Shown here piece by piece: positions 14,510-55,897 of a stretch of 64,000 bases of DNA. The DNA is taken from assembly GCA_033442325.1 (NCBI GenBank), contig JAWQFM010000008.1, forward strand, positions 124,001 to 188,000. Reading direction: 5' to 3'. This DNA is from Salpingoeca rosetta (Eukaryota; Protista; Choanoflagellata). A program made the translations under genes and the position numbers. The notes beneath the pieces were generated by a model. That model was not told where the DNA came from. It did not search any database and saw nothing but the letters and a program-made list of their open reading frames with translations. Position 1 is the first letter of the stretch; each line of letters opens with the position of its first letter.

Positions 14510-15905
14510 ATGGTGAGCTTGCTGTGGTGGTGTGGGTGGTGGTGGAGGTGATCAAGATGAGGCAGATGGGATGGGAAGGGCGAATGTGCGTGTGTGCCGA
14601 GGCAAGAGATAGCAACTGCAGCACGTGCGGTGTGGGGAAGCGCGATTGTGCGTGTGCGTGTGTGTGTGTATGTGCGCCGTCTGTGGACGCACACGCGTGC
14701 GGCAAAGGCTAGTGTTGGTCTTGTGGGTATGATGCACCAACACAGCAGCAAAGATCAAGATGCTTCGACGCATGTGCGTGATGACACGGCCCTGTGCCCA
14801 ATCGTTGCTCATTCTTGCTGCGCTGCTTCCACGATCCATGTGGCCACCACTTCAATCAACAGACAAAGAAGCGCCGTAACAATGGACGCAACAAGCATCA
14901 CCGCGGTCACAACAAGTTCATCCGCTGTGACAACTGCGGTCGCGCTTGCCCCAAGGTCCGCTGCCTTCTTTTGCAATGCCCTTTCCAGACTTGTGCTCGC
15001 CTGCCATTGTGCCTCCCTCACGTGTGCACGGCTCGTGTGTGATGGGCCAGGAACCGCTTTGTTCAGCCATGACCTGCTGCTCATGCGTTCACTCAACTCT
15101 ATTATGTGTATGGCGTTTGCTTCTGCTCTTTCCTTTCTCGTTCCGCACGTTTGTCCAACCACCACAGGACAAGGCCATCAAGCGCTTCCTCGTGAAGAAC
15201 ATTGTTGAGCAGGCCGCTGTTCGTGATCTTGCCGAGGCTTCCGCCTACGAGAGTAAGCACATTGACCATTGAAGAAAGCGACACGTGTGTGTTTCGTGTC
15301 AGTGTGTGTGCGCGTTGGAAGTGTGTGTTTGGGGGGGGGGGGTAGTTTGGACGTGACCACAAAGGAGTAGACCCTTGGTGCCTGTGTTCAGCTACCGAGC
15401 CTGCTTCATGCCTCATCGCTGTGTTGTGTTTGCTGCACCACCTTTTGTCGTGCACACTGTGCTGTGCTTCGTTGTACTCACACTGCACACCACACACTCT
15501 CTCTTTTACCTTTTGCAGCATACGTTCTTCCCAAGCTGTACCTGAAGATGCAATACTGCATCTCCTGCGCCATCCACTCCAAGCAGGTCCGCAACCGTTC
15601 CCACGAGGGCCGCCGCGACAGGACTCCTCCCCCTCGCTTCCGCCCCCGCGCGGTACGTTCATCTGGCCTGCTTTGCTTGCCCCGGTGTTTTTTCCTGTTT
15701 TGTTGCTTGTAGTGTGGGTTGTGGCTGACTGCACAAGAGACACGTGCGTGCCCTCCTTCTTGTGCGCTGCCTGCCACCACCACCACCACCACCACCTCTC
15801 GCTCACTTGGGTTTGTTTTGCCTTTTGCCTTTTGCCTGTTGTTTATCATCATCATGACAGAGGAAGCCCCAGGGCCCTAAGCCTGAGGCTCCCAAGAAGG
15901 CATAA
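14510..15905 (+). CDS. RPS26: 40S ribosomal protein S26 (eS26)
   Basis: Exons 14510-14512 (ATG|gtgagc), 14863-14955, 15168-15252, 15519-15652 and 15861-15905 give [12 protein letters not shown]...[19 protein letters not shown]...[25 protein letters not shown]...PPPRFRP. Confidence 0.97.
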
Positions 15906-16159
15906 GCGTCCCGCTTGCTTGCTTGCTTACTTGCTGTGGTGACGTGTTGAGTCTGTTGGTTGCTGCTCCCTTGTTTGAATGAAGATTCAAAGCGTTCCTT
16001 TGTTCTTTGAGTACATCAACAACTCCCCGAGTGAACCAACGTGGAATGAGGATGCGAGAACAAGTGCCACACGAAACACTTGTGCTGCGAAATTCAAACA
16101 CACGAAAGAAAAAAGGAGAGGGAGACAAAAACCGTCAAGCACTTTGCTCGACCTTGACA

Positions 16160-21507
<5,348 letters not shown>

Positions 21508-21787
21508 ACGATTGAGTCTCATATATGTGGCTGTCGCGTGTTTGTGCGCGCGTGTACCCGCGAGCATGCGTTGTTTGACCCGGCTTTACTCCAACCTGTT
21601 CATTCCTCGATGGAACCCAAAATTTACAGTTTCGAGAACACGCACAGAATGCATGCGAAGGCACAAGCACCAGCCATTGGGCAGGCGGGTCAAGAGAGTT
21701 CACACTCGGCCATGCAACCCCACGGACACGCACACGCACACGCACAAAGACCCACATGCAAATGCATGCACACACACGCATACATAC

Positions 21788-21822
<35 letters not shown>

Positions 21823-21839
21823 CACACACACACCGTGTG

Positions 21840-22414
21840 TCATGTGTGAGGTGCAGCATGAGCGCGCGAAACAATTTCTCGTACTCGCTGCATACAATGC
21901 ACAGACGAGCCATCATGCAAGGCGAGCATAATCTCTATGTGGTCCGAGTCGACAACGTGGAGTGCAACTTTTTGCGGGCCTGCCAGCGGCAGCAGCGCAC
22001 GTGCAAGCCGCTGTGTGCTGGTGAGCGGAACTACATAGTCCTTGTCGCCGTGCACAAGGGTCCATCGAATGTGCGGAAGGAACCACAACAGCACTTGTTG
22101 CTGTTGCTGCGGTGGTAACGGTTGTCTGTGATTTGTGTTGTCACTGCCGCTACCCTTGCTGTGATCAACGTCACCGACAGCAGCCACAGTATGTGTCAGT
22201 GTAGTAATGTGCCTGGCAAGTTTGACGGGACTGAAGCGAGGAAAGTGCTGGTGTCCTCCCATGACACGCCACATCACTGATGCCCACTCCACCCCGCGTG
22301 ATCGCTCGTGCTCAAAGTGATCGTCGATGTCATAAGGGCCAGACAGCCCTGTCACGCTCCTGCTTAACAGTGCAGTGGGTACGTGTGTGTGCATGTGCAT
22401 GTATAGTGGGAGAG

Positions 22415-22458
<44 letters not shown>

Positions 22459-23849
22459 TGTGCGTGTGTGCGCGTGCTGGTGCATGTGTGTCAGCAAGTG
22501 TGGAGAGAATAGTGCTATGTGCGGTGCGTTTGCAACGACCCACAACCACAGGCTCATAGTCACAGGTTGACAACAGCATGCGGGGATACACGAACGCGCA
22601 CAAGTGGCTGCGATGGGTGCATGAATGCACAGGTGAGGCGAGGTCACTGTTCACCTGAGTTGCAGCCCAGCGCAGAGGAGCTGGTCTGTGGAGTATGGAT
22701 GAAGGTATTGTGGTCGCATTGGATCGTTGGAGCAACACGATGGCAGCTGCTGACGATGTAGAAGCTCGAGCTCAATGTGCAGGATGAGCGTGTGGATGAT
22801 ATGCGCACCTGCAGAGTGGGCCACGACGTGCATCTGTTCGTGGAAGATAACAAAGTGGTGCGATATGCGTTTGTGAAATGCGTTTGTGAAATGTGTTTGT
22901 GAAATGTGTTTGTGAAATGTGTTTGTGAAATGTGTTTGTGAAATGTGTGTGTATGTGTGTGTGCGATTAGAGTTGTGAGTCCACAAGAGTGCACGCAAAG
23001 AGGTTGCAAACAAACAAATCAAGCGCGTTTCCTTTGAGCACACACGCACACATTCGCACACACACACATGCGCACAACTCACGGGCTGATTGAGGGATTG
23101 GTGGTGCCAGAGCAGGATTTCCAACACGCTTTTCAGCATCACGCGGATACAGCCGTGTGGATACGTGTTGTAGCTTGGAATCTGCAAAGACAAAAAAAAG
23201 GCCCTGGCTGGTGAGCGTGTGCGTCACAGCTTGTTGTGTGTGCATGTATGTTGTGCGTACCCTTGCATGTTCACGTCAAGACCGCGCGCACTTTCACATA
23301 CACAAAAGCAAGCAAGCACACACGCACAAACGCACACACACGCACACAAAAACAAGCACACACGCACAAAAGCAAGCACACGCACGCACACAAAAGCAAG
23401 CACACGCACGCACACAAAAGCAAGCAACACACGCACAAAAGTAAGCACACACGCACACACAAATCACAGACGCACACGCACGCATACGCACCAGGACGTC
23501 AAAGTGCTGCTGCTGTGCAAAGTACTTGCCAAGCAAGGCGTACATGGCCTTGTCTCCTGCATCCCATCCACTACCATACAGAAAGAGCACGCTTGCTGTC
23601 GTGCGGCACCCAGGAACAAAGTAGTGATCTACCGTGCTTAAGCATCCATCAGGCAGCAACTCCTGTTCGCATGTGAGGGAGAGAGTGAGTGAGAGAGTGA
23701 GTGAACAAGGGAGTGAGTGAGTGAGTGAGTGAGTGAGTGCAGGGCCCCAGCTCACTGATCAACCCGTTGAGCAACAACACACAGGAAAATGCACACTTAC
23801 ACTTACACACACACACACACACACACACTTCGCACACACACACACACTT

Positions 23850-23900
<51 letters not shown>

Positions 23901-24311
23901 TACACACACACACACACACGCTTACACACACACACACACACACACACGAGCACACACGAGCACACGCACACACACACACACGAGCACACGCACGAGCACA
24001 CACGAGCACACGCATGAACATGCAGACACCTTTTGGATGTGCACCGAGTGTGGTTGGCGATAAAAGAGGGTCCATTGCAGCCAGAGCCGCCAGTGCTGTA
24101 GGAGTGCCAGCTGCTGGGCCAGGGCCAATGATATGCGGGCCACACGGCGTGGATTGCAGATCACTTTGGCCACCTCCAGCATCCCTTTCTTCCCTGGTGG
24201 ATGCGCCTGTCGCCTCCACTGCAGCCACACCACAAACCCAAACCATGCACATGCCACACCCACCACGCCCCCTGCCAACGTGCTCGCTGCCAACATGCTA
24301 CTGGCCATCAT
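21840..24311 (-). CDS. Alpha/beta hydrolase, isoprenylcysteine methylesterase (ICME)-like, with N-terminal hydrophobic segment
   Basis: FLYGSGWDAGDKAMYALLG (oxyanion region), SYNTYP, AHSAG nucleophile elbow, GLSGPYDIDDHFEHERSRGVE, FSP, LVHGDKDYVVP and DH triad motifs across spliced exons. Confidence 0.82.
22869..22946. repeat. Intronic 13-bp minisatellite (GTTTGTGAAATGY x6)
   Basis: Six head-to-tail copies seen directly. Confidence 0.9.
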
Positions 24312-24920
24312 CCTGCACAAACACAAGGCCACCCTTCCACCAACACGAGGTATCACACTGCCCACCGACCACCACCTCGTTGTCCTCCCTTCTTCCGCTT
24401 CGTTGTGGTGTTAAAACAGCATCGAATCCCTTGTGTTCCGTCCATCAGAGAAACCTGCACCGCATTGTGCAATCCAAAATCTCACACATTTCGCGCGACG
24501 TCTCGCCCCAGCCAGCCAGCGCCGTTGCAAATCCACACGTGGGTGGGCTTGGGCAAGGCTTCTGCCTGCTTGCGGTGCTTGCCTGCTTGCTCCCTAGCGT
24601 CGCATGCGACGACGTGCAACGCGCAGGTGCACGTGGTGGTTCATTTTCCAGTGTGCTGTGCTCGGATCGTGCTCACACATCATCGTTGTCGTTGTCGTGG
24701 TTTGGCTGCTCCCCCTCCCCCGCTTGCTCCTCGCTGTGCAGTCCTACCTCCAAAACCCAGGCACAAGCATCAACCAAGCCAAGCAACCAAGCCAATCAAT
24801 CAATCAATCAAATCAAGAGCTCTGCTGGTTGATCAAGACAGAGGCCATCCATCACCCGTCCACCTTGTGCTTGCCCGCAGCCTTGTGAGACTCCGCCGCT
24901 TGTGAGACTTCACCGTCGCA

Positions 24921-41391
<16,471 letters not shown>

Positions 41392-41448
41392 TACCACACA
41401 CACACACTCTCTCTCTCACACACTCACACACACACACACACACACACA

Positions 41449-41483
<35 letters not shown>

Positions 41484-41996
41484 CCTTTCACACCTCTTTC
41501 TTGGCGTGCAACTCTCGTTGCACAGTGGTTCTGCTGCTGCTGTTGCTGCTGTGACTGTGCCCAACTGGGTTATGTTTCACCGTTTGCTTAAACACGTCAG
41601 ATCCGCGCCTGTGCGCGCGTGTGATGCCAACAACCTTCCTTCCTTCCTTCCACACCTCTCCTTCAATGTTGCGTTTTCAACTTTGATTTGCCTGCGTGTG
41701 CAATCCCTCCTCCTTCCCATTCGTTTCGTGCGGAGATGTGCGTGTCTGTTCTTTGTTTGTTGATGGATGCGTGTGTGTTTCACTCTTTCCACAATACAAC
41801 CCCAGCTGATATCATGGCCCACGCGCTCATGCCGGACACATGCACACGTTGTTCTGAAGGGTCATTGGTTCAATATCGACCACGTGCAAGCAGAAACACT
41901 CAGTCAAACGACACCAGGCAACCGTTTCCGCCACGCAACATGCGAGAGAGAGGGGGGGGGAGGGGGCGGGTGTGTATACACACGCAGCTGCCGGAC

Positions 41997-43855
<1,859 letters not shown>

Positions 43856-45234
43856 CGTTGTTGTTGGTCTCGCTTGTTGTCGTCGTCAGTGCTGTTGCTC
43901 TCGGCGCTTCTGGTGTTGCGCAGTAACCGAAAATTGTTTAAAACAGCCGGTAATTTTCGCGCCTGCGATGTGCCCAGCACTCGATCGATCACAGAGAGCA
44001 AGCCACCTGTCAATCTTCAGGCAAGCAAGCCGACAAGCAAGGCGACGCAAGCAACAAGGACAAGGGGGTACGTGTTGGTGAGCACGCACACACGTACACG
44101 CACTCACATCACGCACATCACGCATACGCATTCACAGCAACACACACACGAACATCGGCCGCTAGGACGACGCACACACGAACACACGCCCTGCGTTTTG
44201 CTCACGCTTGTGGTACAAAGAAAGGAATGAAGGAGGGAAAGAGGCAGGAACGTGGTTTTGTCATCCTGCTCCCTTTGGTGCCCTGGTGCAACGTTGCACG
44301 GCGACAGTCGCGAGCCCTCATCATCATTGGTCTTCTGCCCTGTGTTCCCTTGCTTGTGATGGTAGGTGTTTCACAGTTGCTGTCACCGCTTCCCCACGAA
44401 CAACGGGTTACGTTACGTCAACAGGCCGCCGTTCCCCTCTTTTGGTGAGGAATTCCCCATTTACTTCTTCATCTTCCAACACTCAGCCAAGGTCTGTCAT
44501 CTCCGGTGGTCACGACTGCGTGTGTTCTGTGTGCAACTGTAAGCGGTGACAAATGTAAGCGGTGACGCAAATATCGAAAGCCATGTGTGTGCGGGTGCTC
44601 AAGTGTTGCCTCTTGTCGACAGCTGCCCCTTTTTCTGCACGACTGCCTCTTGTCGATGGCAGAGCTCGGTCAATGCTTGCGCCTTGTCGATGCCTGGCCC
44701 AACAGACAGCCATCCCCCCTCCCCCCACCTTTGGGCATCCCTGCCCGAGATCACACACACACACACGCTCTCTTCTCACATAAGTTTTTTGGTCGATCCA
44801 CCAGCAGGAAAGACCGGTCTCGCTCAAGAGTCGACGTGTTTGGTACTCATCTTCGCATTGCGACCCACTGCTCCCAAGAGAATTCAACACCTCAGGTACC
44901 AACCGGCAACCCAAATGCTGCCGTAAGCCACAGTCCTGGCGGTTTTGTTTTGTTGCTTCCTCTGATCGCCTCTCATCTCCTCTCATACTTGCCACACGTC
45001 CTTGCCCATCACGACCGCGGTCTACGCAAGCACGTGGTATTCATCTCGCCCTCATATCACGCTGCGCCCCTGCTGTGCTTTGAATTTCACCAGCTTGGCT
45101 CAGTGCCACCCCACGCACGCATACAAACGAGCGTACCGACGCAGACGCATACGCAGACACGCTGCCTTCACCGCGACATCTGCGAGGCGTTTTTTTTTTT
45201 TGTGCCGTGAGCGTGTGCGGCGCCTGGCTGTGGC

Positions 45235-49275
<4,041 letters not shown>

Positions 49276-49307
49276 TTAGCAACGTGTGGGCGAATGTGGG
49301 AGTGCCT

Positions 49308-49370
<63 letters not shown>

Positions 49371-49956
49371 TTTGTTTCTCTCTCTCAGCCGCCATAGCCC
49401 CGACGGGTTGTTTGCTTGATTGTGGGTGTTCAGTTGACCATGCAGCCATGCTGTTGGGTTGAGTGCATGCCCTTTGGACACTCGCTCGCATATTGTATTC
49501 CTGATGTAGTTTGGCTTTGGCTTTGATGTCGTCTGGTGTGTTGCTGTGTTTCATTTATGTTTTTGGCTTTGTGTTGGTGTTGTGTTTGGTTTCGAGTAGT
49601 GTGGTGTGTATGGGAGCTGTTCGTTTGACCAAAGATACTGTCATTGTGATATCACTTGTTCCTCCTGTCGGTTTTGGCTTCTTCCCTGTCCTTGCCTCTG
49701 CATGCGTTGCACGTGTGCTAGGAGCGCTTTCCATGCGATGACTGTTGATGACTGTTGATGACCTTATCAGAACAAACCAAATATATACCAGCCAGACAAC
49801 AGAGCATGTCAAACAGCACAACCGCACACAACACAACCGCACAACCGCACACAACCCACACACAACAAAAAAAAACGAGCGCACCCATCTGCTGCATTTT
49901 GTGGTGTCGTGACTCCCCCTATTTTGCGACTCTTTTGCGAACCGCGAACGACCAAG

Positions 49957-51052
49957 ATGGTGCGTGCGATCGCTGTGCTGCTGATTGCTGTTCTTGTTCC
50001 TGGTGTGTCCATCCATCCGATGCACTGGCCGGTTGTCCTGCTGACCCTCACACGGTTCGATCCCTCGCTCATGGCTCGTGCACTCGTCGTACTGTCCCTA
50101 CTATCGATTGGTTTGTGTTACCAGGGAGTGCCATCCTTTTATCGGTGGCTCAGCCGCAAATACCCCAAGTGTGTCAAGGATGTTGTGGAGGATCGGCCGC
50201 AGGTCAGTGAGCGCTGATGGCCAAAGATGATTGTTGCCCTTGGCGCATCTGAACTTGTGCGAACCCACACACGCGTCAAAGTGGGAGGGGGATGCTACAG
50301 CGATATTTGAGTGGATCGAGGACCTCACCGTTGTTGTTGTTGTCGCTGTTGTGCGTTGTCCCTGCCAGAACATTGGTGGCGAGTATGTCCCAGTGGACAT
50401 CTCGCAACCGAACCCAAACAAGCGAGAGTTTGACAACCTCTACCTGGATATGAACGGCATCATCCATCCTGCGTCTCATCCCGAGGATCGGCCCGCCCCA
50501 GAGACAGAAGATGACATGTTCGTCGCCGTTCTTGAGGTACATCCTTGATGTGTGATTGTGCGTATGCGTGTGTGCATGGCTCGCTTTGCCTGCTTGTTTG
50601 GACAGCCTTCTTTCGTGGAACGTAGATGCGCCTGTTGCTTGCACATCCATCACGGCCCTGACTTTCTCGTCTCTGCACGCAACACGCTACTCCGCACTGC
50701 TCATGCAACGTCGTTATGCCTCCCATCACCGTCCCCGCCCTCATTGATGTCACACAATGCCAGTACCTTGACCGCGTGGTGGCGTGTGTCAGGCCACGCA
50801 AGTTGCTGTTCATGGCCATTGACGGTGAGTGAGCGGGTCGCAAGGCCCTGAATATCGTTGCATGCGTGCCTTGGGTTGTACGCTCATGTGTTGTGCCCAG
50901 TTGTTCGCGCGTGCTCACATCACATGCCACGCAGGTGTTGCTCCGCGCGCCAAGATGAACCAGCAGCGATCCCGTCGCTTCAAATCAGCCAAGGTGTGCC
51001 TTAATGCTGTGTTGTGGTGGGGGTGTGTGGTGGGTGGTGGGGGTGTCTGTAT

Positions 51053-51084
<32 letters not shown>

Positions 51085-51991
51085 CTGTGTCTGTGTCTGT
51101 GTCTGTGTACGTGTTGATGCGTGCGCATGTGCCTGCATGTGTTTGTGTGCTTCCCTGCCGTTTACCAACTTGATGCGGCGTGAGAGCCGACGCCCCATCT
51201 CACATGTGCGGCGTCTGTATCCTTCGCTGCGTTGTTCATCGTGCAGGAGCGAGAGCTGCAGGAGCAGGCAACACAGGCCATCATCAGCGAATGGAAGGAG
51301 GCTGGCAAGGATGTCTCCGAGCCGAAACAGTGCGTCCGCGTTGTTCTTTCCACCGTTGCGCCATGATGCCGCTGTGTCGTACTGTACTGTGATGTGATCC
51401 AACAAGTATTGGTCGTGCGTGCTTCAAAGCGCGTTCCCTCCCCGAAACGTGACTGATTGCGATCAAACCTTCTGCCAACAGGACGTTCGACTCAAACGTC
51501 ATCACGCCGGGCACGCCGTTTATGGACAAGCTTGCAGGTGCGTATTCTTGTCGCATGCAAACCATGTACACAAGCAGAGTACAAGCCATGCCGCAACGTC
51601 AATGCAGCACACACACAGGAAAAGCAACAACATCACGCACAGGAAGAGCAACATCACGTACAGGAAGAGCAACATCACACGCGCGCGCGCACACACGCGA
51701 CATGCACGCACACCCTCTCGCCTTAACCGCTTGCTGTTCGCTGGATTGTGCACATGACGCGTTATTTGCTGCTGCAGAGTACCTGCGGTGCTTCATCCAT
51801 GAGAAGGTGTCCTCCGATCCAGGATGGACAGGCATCAAGGTCCGTGTGATGGAGGTGTGCCGCACAGTGTGCAGCGAGCATGCGTGTGCAGGGTGAGGAT
51901 GCAGGGACAGACGTACCGATTCAAGCTCACGCACCCGCTTGCGTTTTAACTCACCCTGGCTCGTTCACCCGCTCGCTCACTCCTCCAAACG

Positions 51992-52073
<82 letters not shown>

Positions 52074-52374
52074 ACACACACACACACACACTTACACACA
52101 CACACACTTACACACACGCCCGCGGCACGACGGTTCAGGTGATCTTGTCTGATGCAACTGTACCCGGTGAGGGCGAGCACAAGATCATGGATTTCATTCG
52201 CAGACAGCGCGCACACCCAGAATACGACGCGAACACCAGGTGATGTGGGGAATTATTTCGCTTTGTTTGTTTGTTCACGCATTGTTCCTGCTTCTGCCTC
52301 TGCTTCTGCTTCTGATTGGGGTTACACATGCACCTGCTTCGGCGCCCTTTATTTGATGGCACGCATGCTCACGC

Positions 52375-52410
<36 letters not shown>

Positions 52411-52663
52411 GGTCCCTCCCGATCCACATCATCCCTGCAGCCACGTGATTCACGGATTGGATGCAGATTTAATTCTGCTCGCGCTGGCGACACATGAGCC
52501 GCATTTCACCATTCTTCGTGAGGAGGTCACGCCGCGCAACCGCGAAAAGTCTGCACAGGAGAAGGCAATGGCAGCCCTTGCTGTACGTCGTGTATGCATC
52601 TGGATTGTGTCGCGTGTGTGTATATGTACGTACGTGTGTGTGTGTGTGTGTGTGTGTGTACGT

Positions 52664-52719
<56 letters not shown>

Positions 52720-52997
52720 CCTGGTTGCTTTGCTCGGTGCCCCCTCTTTCTGATGCCAAATTGTGCTGCCCTACTCTGCTGTCGCGGGTGAAGGCTGAAG
52801 AGAACGGGGCAGAAAATGCAGCGGATTCCAACGGCGTTTACTCCCGCCCCTTTCAGGTTGATTGCACACTCCCACACGACACACGCGTACACGCACACAT
52901 GCCCACAGCGCACCCACGTGTTCCCCCGCATAATCGTATCAGTGACAATGCGGATACGCACGCAACGTGATATCGCCAGCCTGCTCACTATGACAAT

Positions 52998-53054
<57 letters not shown>

Positions 53055-53192
53055 TCCTGCAGGTGAATGTGCTGCGAGAGTATCTGGAGAAGGAGATGCG
53101 GGTGGCAGATTTCTCCGCTGCCGGCGGATTTGACCTCGAACGCGTCATCGACGACTTTGTCTTTATGGTGCGATCGTAAGCACTGCGTGCGA

Positions 53193-53239
<47 letters not shown>

Positions 53240-55640
53240 CGTATGCCTTGCGTGTGCCTGTGCGTGTGCGTGTGCGTGTGCGTGTGCGTGGGGGTTTGCA
53301 GATGACAACACACCTGTGATGACACACCGGTCTCATTGAGTCGTTGTTCTGCGTTTCGTCATCAGTGCTGTTTCGTCGGGAATGACTTTCTGCCCCACCT
53401 CCCATCCTTGAAGATCAACGAGGGCGCCATTGATGTATGTCGTTGCTACTGACACCGATGGTGTCTATGCTTGTTGATCACTGTGTACGCATGCTTCGTT
53501 GCACATGAACGGAAGCACAACATTGCACATGCTCGCATTGTACAATGCATTGTGTCGCCGCATCCCACCACACACACACACTCACTCACTCACTCACTCA
53601 CTCACTCACTCACTCACCACTCACTCACTCACCACTCACTCACTCACATACTCACTCACTCACTCACACACTCACTCACTCGCCCACTCACTCACTCACA
53701 TTCCTTGCATGTGACTTTTGCAGACCATTCTTGATCTGTATCGGAAAGATTTTCCGGCGTTTGGCGGATACCTGACGCAATCATCAGAGGTGTGTCAATA
53801 CAGACGTGCTTCTCGCATTGCAGTTTGCACACACCGCAACAGCAGATGTAGCGCATGAGACACGTGCAAAACACGAGGTCAACCACCACCATTATCAATA
53901 CCGCCACCACCATCACCGCCCTTGCTCCTCTCCATGTTCACTCCATCATCATCATCATCATCACCACCACCATCAGGTGAACCTTGAACGGGTGCAGCTG
54001 CTGCTGCATGGCCTGGCAGAGGTCGAGAACAAGATCCTCAGCGATCGACGGGTGAGCCAAATGTGTACATGTGCTCCATTTAGGGGGGAGTTGGCTGCTG
54101 AGCTGTTGTTTGGGTTGTTTGGGTTGCTGTGTTGTTGCTTTGCTTACTCAGCTGGTGTTCTTGTCATTCTGTCCCGCGCGCATGTGTCTTTGCAGTTCAA
54201 GGAGCAGCGGCGAAAACAAAAGGATGTCGACATCACCAACAAGAAGACAACGCGCGAACATCTGCAGGTCCGTGTGCCACCACTCCTGTTTGCTCTCTTA
54301 ATGCTGGCCATACAAGGGTAATGCGGCATGCATCCACACGTACACACACGCACACGCACATGCAAAGACACAATAGCGTAGCATATCTTAACACGTTTAC
54401 ACACACGCACACACACACCACGTGTGTGGCTGGTTTTCTTCCACGTCTTGCACTGCTCACCCTCTGTACACTGTTGTTGTTGCTGTGGCAGTTGATCCTG
54501 GATTGCGCTCTCAGCCCGCCACAGCTGCCCATAGGCGACTCGGAGGTGCGCACGTAGCACGCATGCCACCACACCCACACACATGACTGAAAGTGCACCT
54601 GATTGAGCATGCATCCACGCACACACACGCAAACACACATACACACGCACGCACACACGCACACGCACATGCCCCCGCTATGTGCATCGCTTTAGCCCAT
54701 GCCAAACGCACTCTCACGCCACTTTTACCTCTCCTTGGCACTCCCTATCTCTTCCTACCCCACCGCCGTCGACGCACGCTCACTTGCAGCCCCCGCAGAA
54801 GCGCCCACACATGCAGCAAAGAGTCACTGATCTTTCCTCCATCCATCACCTCTCCTCCGAGCACTTTCGGTACCGTTGATGCTCTTTTCGTTTCGCACGC
54901 TGGTGTCTGCTTTAAACGTTGCCTGTTGCTCCCACAATTTACTCACAACAACAACACCAACATTAACGACGATGATGACTTCTTACCTGTGTACTTGTCC
55001 CTTCTCCTCCCTCTGTTGTTTCCAAACCCCTCCCACGGCGTGTCTGCCATGGCGCATCAGCATCAAGAACCGTGGGCCGGGTGGTGTTCGCGTGCTGCGG
55101 CCGGATGTGGACGAGAGAAGTGCCAATCGTCTTCGTCTGCTCGATCGCATCAGGGAGTTTGCTGATGCCCATCCAAGGAAGGCAAAGATGGACCTCAAGT
55201 CCCTTCGCTCGTTTGAACGCGCGCTCGCACACGCCTACAGCGAGGAGCTTGGTCTAGGTGCGCAGGGACCCTGCTGTAGTGTGTGTGCGTGTGGCAGGTG
55301 TGAACACTGGTTTTCGATTGCTTGGTCGGCTCCTCAATGCATGTAGCAACTCACATCGTTCTTTTGTACACGTGTATGTCTTTGCTGCAGGCCACCGGTC
55401 TGAGGGGGAAGAGCCAAACAGGTACCTGGTCATCACTCATCCAGAGGTCGAGGACGAAGACGATGACGACGAAGACGAAGAAGACGAGGATGACGATGGC
55501 AGCGCAGCCCGCGACGTTCGTTGTGCACGTGTTTCATGTCTGCTTTGTTGCCTTTGCTTCGTGATTACAGCCCTTTACTCATTTCATGCAGTTGTTTTGC
55601 TTCTTTTTTTCCTCTGACACCCTGACTGACCATTTCACAC

Positions 55641-55698
<58 letters not shown>

Positions 55699-55858
55699 TT
55701 GTGATTGCGTGGTCAGGCGTTGAAGGCGGCTGTGAAAGAGCGCCTGCGGAATATGAATGACAAACGCGTGGAGCAGCACGAGGAGCAAGTCAGTTTCGAT
55801 CACATTTGCTCATCATGCTGTCATATCCACTTGCCTCAACCTCTGCATGGCGTCTCCG

Positions 55859-55897
<39 letters not shown>

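Noticed and set aside
22869-22946. CRISPR-like or iteron-like repeat array
   Set aside because: There are no spacers; it is a simple intronic minisatellite in a eukaryote.
44208-45210. Short ORFs between FKBP2 and the polyQ gene
   Set aside because: No motifs or consistent exon structure; more likely promoter/UTR.
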